A stretch of 64,000 nt of DNA, from assembly GCA_000004695.1 (NCBI GenBank), contig CM000154.2:3008001-3072000 (forward strand). Direction: 5' to 3'. Positions 53,439-64,000 of the stretch are shown here, piece by piece; positions within the stretch are counted from its first letter, which is position 1, and each line of letters starts with the position of its first letter. Under the pieces are notes generated by a model, which was not told the DNA's origin, searched no databases, and saw only the letters and a list, made by a program, of their open reading frames with translations. The translations under genes were made by a program, and so were the position numbers. The stretch is from Dictyostelium discoideum. Lineage: Eukaryota.

Positions 53439-54084
53439 TATGTTGGTATAAATTTGTGTATTTTACGAACTTCGGGTTTTACAGGTAAAAAAAAAAAAAC
53501 GAACTTCGGGTTTAATGCCAATATTGATATAAGGAACACAATTAATATTAAATGAATGCTGTTAAACCTGAATCAAAACTAACTTTATTTTTTCAGTTTT
53601 CATAGTTTTCGAGTTTTAGTTATTTTCGAGAAGTTTCTAAAATATATAAAACTAAATAAATTAATTATTTTTATTATTATTGTTTGCAACAGTTGGTTCA
53701 AAACATTGGTGGCAAATAACTAGATACAAAAACAATAAATGTTTTAATAGAATTACACCTATAATTCCTCCAAATATAATATATCATGAGGTTAACATAG
53801 ACTACTCAAAGAATACTTTGAAGGGTATAAATTTGTAAATTATAATTTCTATATAATGTCTTTGATAATTCATAACATTTGGATTCAGGTATAGTAATAA
53901 AAAATCAAAAAAATTAAATCAAACTGTTTAGAGACCCAAAAGATTTCCTAAACAAATAATAAAATTAAGAAAACTATTCAAGTGTCAGAGCTTCCAAACA
54001 TTTTTACTTTGACTAATTCATTTTATTAATTTCATTTTATTATTAAATTTATTTTAATTATTTTATTGATTTAAATTTAAATAC

Positions 54085-54115
<31 letters not shown>

Positions 54116-54302
54116 TCTCAAAAACTATATTTAAAATTTAAAATTATTTATTTGATAATCTAAATTAAAAAAGGAATAAAAAATATTCATCTTAAAAAAA
54201 CTAAATAAACACTACATAACAAGTACCTTAGTTTGGTAAATAATTATTTACCAATTTTTAAAAATATATATTATTATTATTATTATTATTATTTAAAAAA
54301 GT

Positions 54303-55884
54303 TTATCTTTTTTCTTTATTTAATTTTGAAATTGCCCAATAACCACTTACAAAAAAGAAACAAATCCACAATATAATAATACCAATACCTTTTTGAAGTG
54401 TCCAATCTTCAAGATTATAAAATTTTAAAACATCATTACCATTTGGGAATTGACAAAAATCATTTGGACATTCTAATGGATAATCTTTAAATTGAGCGAC
54501 CATTACAGTTGCATAACCATAGTATAAAGGATTTAACCAATGGATCCAACCAAAACTTTTTGGTAATTGTTTCACAGGAACTAAATGGCCCATAAATAGT
54601 AAAAAAGTAATTGAAATTGTTGTACCATAAATAAAAGTTAAATCAGATTTACCAGTTATATTAGAGATTGCAATAATATATAAATCTGATAATAAATTAA
54701 TTAAATATAAAATGAAATAAGTAATGAAAAAGCTTGAAAAATTCCATCTTAAATGATTAATTGTATAAACTAGTAATGATACGATTAAGGAAACCAAAAA
54801 TTGAATAAATGCTTCAGTTGTAATTGTTGATAGATAAAATGGTAGAGAATGATAAATTTTTGAAGCTCTTTCTGAATTGAAAACTTCACGATTTGATAAG
54901 AACAATGTAATACATGTAAATGGTATTAAGTTTAAAACTGCAATTAAAAAGAATAAAATACCAGAAATTTTTAAAACATCCTCTTGACTTGGTGATAATG
55001 TACCAAAACAGGCGGAAAATAATAAACCAATCATAAAACCACCAGATAAACGTGTAATATATTGAGTTGAATTTCTAAAGAAATCTTTGAAATTTCTATT
55101 CAATAAAATTTTATATTGATATAGTAATGAGCAACTTTTATTTGGTTCAATTGAACGATTAAAAGGTTGAATTCTTGAAACTGCCAACATATTATCTCTC
55201 CAATTGGTTTCCCATGATTCACAAATTTCTTCATAATGATCACATTCGGAAATTTCATGACATGTATCCAATATGAAATCTGCAGGATTTGTATAGTTTG
55301 GACATTGATATTGATTTGGTAATGATGAAAGATAATTTAAAACATCATTACCACAATAAATCATTCTACCTTTTAACATAATCATAATTTTATTAAATAA
55401 ATGATAAATTTCTGGACGTGGTTGATGAATTGAACAAATTACAGTTACACCTTTAATTACGGTTAAATTCATTAAAACTTTCATAACTTTTAAAGCATTT
55501 AATGAATCTAAACCACTTGTAGGTTCATCTAAAAATAATAAAGATGGATTTGTAACTAATGCACAACCAATTGAAACTCTTTTCTTTTCACCACCTGATA
55601 AACCTTTTACAATCATACCACCAGGTAAAATACCACCAATTTTTGATTTTGATTTTTTTGTTAAACCAATATCTTTTATTACTTGTTCAACAACTTTCCA
55701 TTTATCTTGATCACTTAAACCTGGTAATCTTAAATCTGCATGAAATTTTAAAGTTTCTTCAACTGTTGAAGTTTGTAATAATATTTCATCTTGAGTTACA
55801 TAAGAACAATACTAATTTAAATTTTAAAATAAAAAAAATTTAAAAAAATAAAAAATAATTAATATAATTAAATAAATAAATAAA

Positions 55885-55920
<36 letters not shown>

Positions 55921-56459
55921 TTTTTATATGCATCTCCAATTTCTTTACCATTAACTAAAATTTTACCACTAATTGTACCAGTTGATTTTCTATTTGCAAG
56001 AATATCTAATAATGTTGATTTACCACTACCAGAAGGACCAAATAAACCAACCATTTCACTTTTTTCAATTATACCACTAACATTTGAAAGAATTGTAATT
56101 TCCTTTTCAATTTTACCATTTGTTGTTGATCTTGTTTGTTGTGGATTCATTGATTGATCAATTTTTGAAATATTTAAACTATTTGTTGGTAAAATCGATG
56201 ATCTTGATTGTTGTGGGGTTTGTAAACCTGATGCTGAAGATTCAACATCATATGATGAATTTGAGTTAGAAGAGTTAGATCTTTCCATTTCCAATTTTTT
56301 TTTTCTTTTTTTTTCATCTTTTATTTGTTTTTTATAATTTCTATTTTCAGTTTTATAAGAAATATTTTCAAAAATAACTTGAACACCAATATTATTATCT
56401 GAATTTAAATTTGTTAAATTATTATTATTATATGGAAAATTTGGGGTTGATATTTCTGA

Positions 56460-56490
<31 letters not shown>

Positions 56491-56506
56491 AAATTATAAT
56501 TATCAA

Positions 56507-56563
<57 letters not shown>

Positions 56564-56858
56564 CAATATTATTATAATTGTTACTATTATTTTTATTATT
56601 GTTATTATCAATATTATTGTTATTATCAATATTATTATCAATATTATTAATATTATTAATATTATTATTAGCAATATTATTATTATTATTATCAATATTA
56701 TTATTATTATTTCCAATACTATTATTATCTATATTATTATTATCAATATTATTATCAATATTATTTTTATTATGAATACTATTAGTATCAATATTAGTAT
56801 TATCAATATTATTATTGATGTTATTACAATTTGTATTATTTATTGAAATAACTTCCAT
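54303..56858 (-). CDS. ABC transporter G-family half-transporter (NBD-TMD), 2 exons: join(56858..55920, 55811..54303), about 815 aa
   Basis: Exon 1 has an Asn/Ile/Asp low-complexity N-terminus, then Walker A '[24 protein letters not shown]...GDAYKK' ending at AAG|GTAAAA. A 108-nt intron ends in TTAAATTAG. Exon 2 '[30 protein letters not shown]...[40 protein letters not shown]' carries the ABC signature and Walker B, followed by a 6-TM ABCG-type domain ending '...[13 protein letters not shown]'. It is colinear with the intronless paralogue at 58245..60641. Confidence 0.7.
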
Positions 56859-56863
56859 GCTTT

Positions 56864-56934
<71 letters not shown>

Positions 56935-57131
56935 TATTTACAAAATGGAAATAAATAATTTAAAAAAATTAAATTTACAATATAAAATTTTTTATATAGA
57001 TAATATTTAAATTATGATTGAAATTATTTAATAATTTAATATAAAAAAAAATTATTATTAAAATTGATTCAATAAATAGAAAAATTATTTGTAATTTAAA
57101 AAATCTATTTTTTTTTTTTTTTATTTTAATA

Positions 57132-57171
<40 letters not shown>

Positions 57172-57173
57172 AA

Positions 57174-57222
<49 letters not shown>

Positions 57223-58003
57223 AAAACAATCAAATAAAATATTTAATTATTTTCATGATACAAAATAACCCTCATGGATACACCAATTCACAATAGTAAA
57301 AGAAAAAAACAAAACAGCTACAAAAGCAACAACAACAGCAATACCACCAGAATAAAAAAAAAAAAAAAAAAAAAAAAAAACCCAATAATGTAATGTATCA
57401 AAAAAAAAAAAATTACTACAAACAAATAAACAAAAACTACCACCCTAAATAGTATACCTATATCTAAAATTATTTTTAATTTAAAAAAAATTTAAAAATA
57501 GAAAAAAAATTAAAAAAAAAAAAAAAATTTGTATTCCAAAATGGTGGGTCTATATTAAATATTTACACAATGTTAAAATACTGTTTGAAAAAATGGCATG
57601 TGTTAAAAGGGGTTTGTGTCAGTCTGAAATCCAAAAGGCGTTTTTATAAAAAATAATTTTACTGATCCTTAAATGGGAACAAAATTTTGATATGAATAAA
57701 AAATAAATAAATTAATAAATAAAATAATTATTTAAATAAATTCAATTTTTTTATAATGTAAATATTTGAATCTGTCCTATTATAAAAAAGTAGTGCTAGT
57801 AAATGGAAAAATATTTGATTTATTTTTTTTTTTTTTTTTTTTTTTTTTTTATTATTATTTTTATTATTATTATTTTTGGGGGTTATACACTACTTTTTTT
57901 TACTTCTTTTTTTATTAATACATTTAACAGTGTGAGGTTATACGAACTAACTTGTTGATATATTATTTATTTTTATTATTATTATTATAAAATTAAAATT
58001 AAC

Positions 58004-58043
<40 letters not shown>

Positions 58044-58244
58044 TACACTAATAAAAAAAAAAAAAAAAAAAATTATTATTTAATTTAATAAAAAAAAAAA
58101 AAAAACTGATATGAATTATAAATATTTTTAAAACTATTGAAAATAACAATAAAAATTTAAAAACTTTATTCTTTTAATGAGTTTTTTTTAATTTTTTTTT
58201 GGTTTTTTTTTTTTTTTTTTTTTTTTTTATTATTTATTTTAAAA

Positions 58245-60428
58245 TTATCTTTTTTCTTTATTAAATTTATAAAGTCCAATATAAGCTAAAATATAAAAAA
58301 ATGCTATCCAAATTGTTAAAATACCAATTGATTTATTATATTCCCAATTTTTTAAACCTAAAAATTCAATTAAATTATTACCATTCGAATAAAGACATGG
58401 TATTGGTGGTTGAGGACATTGAAATTCAAAATCTCTATATTGAATGATTACTATTGATGAGAAACCATAAAATAGATAATCAATATGATGAATCCAACCA
58501 AAACTATCAGGTAATGAATTAATTGGTACTAAAAATCCGGAGAATAATACCAATACTACTGATACACCTGTACAATATGAAAATGTTAAATCAACAGTTC
58601 CAGCAATATTTGACATTGCTATTACCATAAAAACTGATGCTAAAAATACCATATAAAATGAAATCAATGATAATATATATGCTTCAAATGACCATCGCAA
58701 ATGAACAATACAATAAATTATTGTTGTAATAATTAATACAACAAAGAATGATGATACAATTTCAATTAACATTGATCCTATAAAATAAGGAAATGGATGA
58801 TAGATTTTTGATGCCCTTTCAGAATTAAATAAAGTTCTAATTGAAACAAATGTTGAAATACTTGAATATGGTAATAAATTTAATGAAGTTATAATAAAGA
58901 AAAATAAAGCTGATACTGATTGAGCCTCATTTTGATCCAACCCATCATAACCAACTGTCCCAAAACATGCAGAGAACAATAATCCAATTAATATTGCAAT
59001 TACAATCTTTGAGAAAAACACTACCCTATTCCTCACAAAACTTTGATAACTTCTTTTTTGACAAACCCAATATTGATAAATGAAACCAACTCTCTTTGGT
59101 ATATCAATATTAATTGGATCATTGGAAATGGTTGGCTGTATTTCATGTTTCCAATATTTTTCCCATGTATCAACAGTTGTTGAATATTGAGATGGATTAT
59201 TAACAATTTCATCACATACATCCAATATGAAATCAGCAGGATTCATTTGTGGTGGACATTTATAATTTGAATCTATACTTGAGAGATATTCTAAAATATT
59301 TGAACCACTATAAACCATTCTCCCTTTTAATACAACCATAATATTACTAAATAAATAAAAAATTTCAGGACGTGGTTGATGTACTGAGCATACAACTGTT
59401 ACACCTTTCATTTTAGTTAACTCTAATAAAACTTTCATTACTTTTAATGAATTTAATGAATCTAAACCACTTGTAGGTTCATCTAAAAATAATAAAGATG
59501 GATTTGTAACTAATGCACATCCAATTGAAACTCTTTTCTTTTCACCACCTGATAATCCTTTTACTATCATACCACCCGGTAGAATACCACCAATTTTTGA
59601 ATTTAATTTTCTATCTAATCCAACATCTTTTAAAACTTGTTTAATTCTTATATCTTTTTCAGTATCTGTCATATCTGGTAACCTTAAATCTGCATGAAAT
59701 TTTAAAGTTTCATAAACTGTTGATGTTTCTAAAAACACCTCTTCTTGAGTTACATATGAACAAAACATTTTATAAGCTTCACCAATTTCTTTACCATTTA
59801 CTAATATTTTACCAGTGATTGTACCTGTTGATTTCCTATTTGCAAGTATATCCAATAATGTAGATTTACCACTACCTGATGGACCCATTAATGCAACCAT
59901 TTCACCTTTTTCAACAATACCACTAACATTTGATAAAATTGTTAATTCCTTCTCAATAATTCTATCAATTGGTAATTTATTAACTTGTGATTCAATATCT
60001 TCAATATCAATTTTACCAGATTCTAATTTTTTAATAATTTTTTTTTGTTCATTATATTTTTTATTTAAAACTTTATAACAAATATTTTCAAATGTAACTT
60101 GAACTCCAACATTATTATTAATATTAATAATTTCATTATCATTTGATCTACCATTAGTAATTTCATTATTAAAAGTACCACTTGAATCACTATTAATACT
60201 ATTCCTTCTATTTTCAATGTTTTTAATTTTTGTTTGAATTCCACTTTCAATATCTTTATTATTATTATTACTATTACTATTTAAATTTGAATTATCTGAA
60301 ATTAATTTTTCACTTAAATTGATTTGTGGTGTTTGTGGTGATAAAGAGAGTGATGATAATGAATATTCATTATTTGGTTGCTTTGGATGTAATGTATTTA
60401 TTACTTCGTTTTTAAATTGTTGTTGTTC

Positions 60429-60517
<89 letters not shown>

Positions 60518-60641
60518 GATTTGATAAAATTTGTTCCTCATTTATATTATTTCTTGAATTTTTATCTTCAAAATTTTCATCATTTTTTTCATCAGACTTA
60601 TCATCAATAATTTCAAAATTATTATTTCCTATATCTTCCAT
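58245..60641 (-). CDS. ABC transporter G-family half-transporter (798 aa), intronless paralogue of 54303..56858
   Basis: Poly-Gln N-terminal extension. Walker A '[21 protein letters not shown]'. '[30 protein letters not shown]'. ABC signature and Walker B '[33 protein letters not shown]'. C-terminal 6-TM domain ending 'LYKFNKEKR'. The single ORF has an ATG start. Confidence 0.75.
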
Positions 60642-61413
60642 TTTTTTTTTTTTTTTTTTAATAAATTTGTTAATTTTTTTTTTTTTTTTTTTTTTACCCT
60701 AAATTAAAACAAGGTAATTAAAATTAAAATATAAAAATAAAAATAATTTCAAGTATGTATAATTGTTAAAAAAAAAAAATAAAAAAAAAAAATATAAAAT
60801 AATTAAAAATAAAATTAAAATAAAAAAAAGAAATTAATAACAAAAGAGAAAAAAAACAATTTTTTTTCTATTTTTTGTTTTAATTACCCTATAAAATAAA
60901 TTAACTTTACAAATTTCATTATCAATAATATTGTTATTAGTAAAATATTGTTGAATTAATTTTGTTGGTAAAAGGGGGGTGAGGGGGTTAATTCTTTAAA
61001 AAAATTTATTTTTACCACTTTTTTTTTTATTTTTAAAAAAACCTTCAAATAGTTTTTTTATTTTTTTCTTTTTCTTAAATAGCTCCCATTAGTCTTTACA
61101 TACCCCAGAAAAAAAAAATCTGTTCAAATCTCCTTTAAAAAAAAATTTAAAAATTTACACTTTTATTAATAAAACAAAGGTGATATAATTTATCATTTTT
61201 ATTTAATTATTTAATTTCTAAATGTAATATTTTATATCGGATCTTTTTTTTTTTTTTTTTTAATTTTAAATTTTCTAAATATATTTATATATATATATTT
61301 TTTTATATATTTAATTAATTTTAAATTTTTTTTTATTTATTTTTCCTTGTTTTTTTTTTTTTCCTTGTTTTTTTTTTTTTTTTTTTTTTTTTTCCCTTTG
61401 GGCATAAAATTTT

Positions 61414-62959
61414 TTACATTAATGGAACTTTTGAACGTTTCTTTTTATTTTCTTCCTCCTCTTCTTCTTTTTCTTTTTTTTTATCATTATTATGATTATC
61501 AACAACTTTTTTTTCTTTTTTATTTACCTTTTCTTCATATTGTTTATTACTACTATCTTTGAAAGGATCTTCATTTTCTTGATCATCTTCATCACCATCA
61601 TCATCTTCTTTGTCTATTTCACCATCATTTTGTTGTTGTTGTTGTTGTAATTTTACATTTTCATCATAACCATCATCTTCATCATCATTATTATCATCAT
61701 TCTGTAAATTATTTGTTTTAACAAAAGTTTGTTTACTTGGTGAAGTTGGATCTGGTACCATTGTTAATTCATAATCTTCTTGAAGTTGTGTTGAAGTTTC
61801 TAAATTACTCTCGATTGAATTTGATGATTTATCAATTGAACTTGGTAATGGAGGTGGTGAAATAATTGATGACAATGATTTTGTTGGTATTTGATCTTGG
61901 ATTGGATTTTGAGGTTTTAATTCTTTAATTTGTTGTTTAGATTGTTTTTTACTTTTTTTAACTTTTTTATTATTTTCATTTTTATTATTATTTATTGTTG
62001 CTGAAGAAGATGATGCTGATGATGATGATGCTTCATTATTCTCATTATTATTATTATTATTAATATTATTATCATTTAAAGTTGTAGTTGTAGTTGTAGT
62101 ATTATTTTTATTATTTTTATTTTTATTTATTGAAGATGATTCTAATTTTAATAAAGTTTTTTTAATTTTCTTTAATAATACTGGTGAATCTGGTTTATTT
62201 TTGAGTGAATCTTGATAAGATTCTAATGCTTCTTGATAACGACCTAAAAAGTAAAGTGAGTTACCTTTTGCATAACGTGGTAAATAACTATGATGACTAT
62301 CTCTATTTTCAATATCGATTGCTTTTTGAGCATCTTCCAATGCCTCTTGATAACGTTTCAATTTATTGAAACACATTGAACGATTTGAAAAGAGTATATT
62401 ATTTCGTTGATCGATTTCAATGGCCTCTGTGTATAATTCAATTGCTTCTTGATATTTTTTAGCATAATATGAATCATTGGCTAATCTAAATAGATTCTTT
62501 GCTTCCGTTGTTGAGAAATCAATTAAATCATCAATCATTTGTAACATTTCATCAAATTCTTGACATTGTTGAATCACAATTGCACTCTCAATACATGTTC
62601 TACTCTCTTTCAATTGATTTGCACCAAGATATGCTGATCCCATTCTAGCATATGCTTTCGATAGAATTGAATCAATCTCTTCAATTTCTTTTTTTCTTTT
62701 TTTCTTTTCTTTTATTTCTTCATCCCCATCACCATCTTCCTCTTCCTCTCCATCCTCCCCCTCTTCTTCCTCTTCTTTCTTAGATAATCCTTTTGATTTC
62801 TCTTTTCTAATTTTATTACCTTTTTCTAATGTAATTTTGCATTCTTTAATTGCATTTGAAAATAATCCTGATAAATTATAAACAGCTATTTTTTAAAATA
62901 AAAAAAAAAAAAAAAAAAGGAATGGGTTTTTATAGTTTTTTTTTAGAGGAAATGTCTCA

Positions 62960-63022
<63 letters not shown>

Positions 63023-63188
63023 ATAAATATTTACCTGCTCTTGACAAATGGTATTCAATATTCTCTGGATCTAATTCCAATGCTTCTGTAAATAAATTTA
63101 ATGCAGATGTATAATTTTTATTCCATAACTCAATATTTGCTTTTTCTTTAAGTACTATTGCTTGTTTAGTTTTAATTATTGAAGTCAT
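61414..63188 (-). CDS. TPR-repeat protein related to the TPR2A/TPR2B module of Hop/STI1, with acidic low-complexity C-terminus, 2 exons: join(63188..63035, 62885..61414), about 542 aa
   Basis: Exon 1 'MTSIIKTKQAIVLKEKANIELWNKNYTSALNLFTEALELDPENIEYHLSRA' ends at G|GTAAAT. A 149-nt intron ends in AAAAAATAG. Exon 2 '(A)VYNLSGLFSNAIKECKITLEKGNKIRKE...KAYARMGSAYLGANQ' parallels Hop '[41 protein letters not shown]'. Further TPRs follow ('YAKKYQEAIELYTEAIEIDQRNNILFSNRSMCFNKLKRYQEALEDAQKAIDIE'). Then come a Ser/Asn/Lys-rich stretch and a Glu/Asp-rich tail. The track ORF 62943..63221 begins at an upstream poly-A-encoded Lys run, and the ATG at 63188 is the more likely start. Confidence 0.55.
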
Positions 63189-63625
63189 TATTATTTTTTT
63201 TTTTTTATTTTTTTTTTTCAAAAATTTTTTATATATTTTTTTTTATTATTTCTTTTTTATTCTCTGCTGATTGAGCAGAAGATTTTTTTTTTTAAAACTT
63301 ATTAATTAAATATTTAAAAACAAAAAAAAAAATAAAAAAAAAAAAAGAGAAAAAATAAATTGGAAAAAAAAAACAAATGTTTAGAAAATAAAAACCAAAA
63401 AAAAAAAAATAAAAATAAAAATAAAAATAATAATATATAAAATAAAAATAGTAAAATATTTTTTTTTATTTATTTTTTTATTTTTATTTTTATTTTTTTT
63501 TCATACTACACATTTCATAAAAAAGTTTAACTGTGAACCCCCACTTTTATTTCTTTTTCTATTAATTATTATCTAATATTTCATTGTGTGTGTGGTCCAA
63601 AAAAGTTTAACTATTTTCCATTTTA

Positions 63626-63662
<37 letters not shown>

Positions 63663-64000
63663 TAAAAATTAAATGGAAACTTGTAATTTTTTTTTTTTTT
63701 TTTTTTTTTTTTTCTTTAGTCTGAAAACCATGGTTTTAAAATTATTATTATTATTATTATTATTTTTTTTTTTTTTTTTTTTTTTTTCAACAAAAGTAAC
63801 ATCGTCATATGATTGAATATTTAAACAAAGGTGTTTTTTTATTGGACATTTAATGAAAAGATTTTACTATAAAAATAAAATGCCCACTTTTTTTTTTTTG
63901 CAGGCTTGTACCAATTAAATAAAAATAATTTTGCATATGAAAATGATTATTGATTGTTTACACTTATTAATAAGCAAAGTATTTTTTATGAACTATTTTG

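Overview
This window is AT-rich (about 75-80% A+T) eukaryotic nuclear DNA with Dictyostelid (social amoeba) hallmarks. Coding regions have codon-level poly-Asn, poly-Gln and poly-Thr tracts. Introns are short (78-150 nt), AT-rich, and bounded by GTAAGT/GTATGT at the 5' end and AG at the 3' end. Intergenic regions are homopolymer-rich. It is not prokaryotic, so there are no operons, CRISPR arrays or defence islands. I modelled about 25 protein-coding genes by hand from the six-frame track and apparent splice signals. In several cases the true gene joins two track ORFs or adds an exon the track missed. Recognisable products are a flavin-containing monooxygenase (FMO)-like enzyme, a two-CBS-domain protein and a large ubiquitin-specific protease whose Cys box sits in a separate upstream exon. 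Others are a leucine-rich-repeat (LRR)/IQ/RasGEF protein whose first exon is only the ATG, an ankyrin-repeat protein, a PHO88/SND3-like protein and a PEX11 (peroxisomal) protein. An RGG-rich, Ser-rich protein, a phosphatidylethanolamine N-methyltransferase, two tandem ABCG half-transporters and a TPR (tetratricopeptide repeat; Hop/STI1-like) protein complete the list. The most distinctive content is accessory-like. A tandem cluster (26.6-34.8 kb, plus an inverted copy at 48.8 kb) encodes a lineage-specific family combining a B-box zinc finger with FNIP repeats, and includes a fresh partial tandem duplicate that is a pseudogene. Two tandem paralogues of a large uncharacterised family occupy 0.6-8.6 kb. 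A secreted Ser-rich gene that looks GPI-anchored (GPI = glycosylphosphatidylinositol) forms an inverted pair with one copy pseudogenised. A tRNA-Val(UAC) gene has a stack of non-LTR retrotransposon material, probably TRE-type, piled immediately upstream, with poly(A)-terminated modules, an ORF2 C-terminal fragment, recurring junction motifs and an N-run assembly gap. Two stretches (23.3-23.8 kb and about 51.05 kb) look like base-calling artefacts. A roughly 0.5 kb GC-rich segment sits inside the ankyrin gene, in sharp contrast to the rest of the window. All coordinates and splice sites are my manual inferences from the sequence. No database searches were run.
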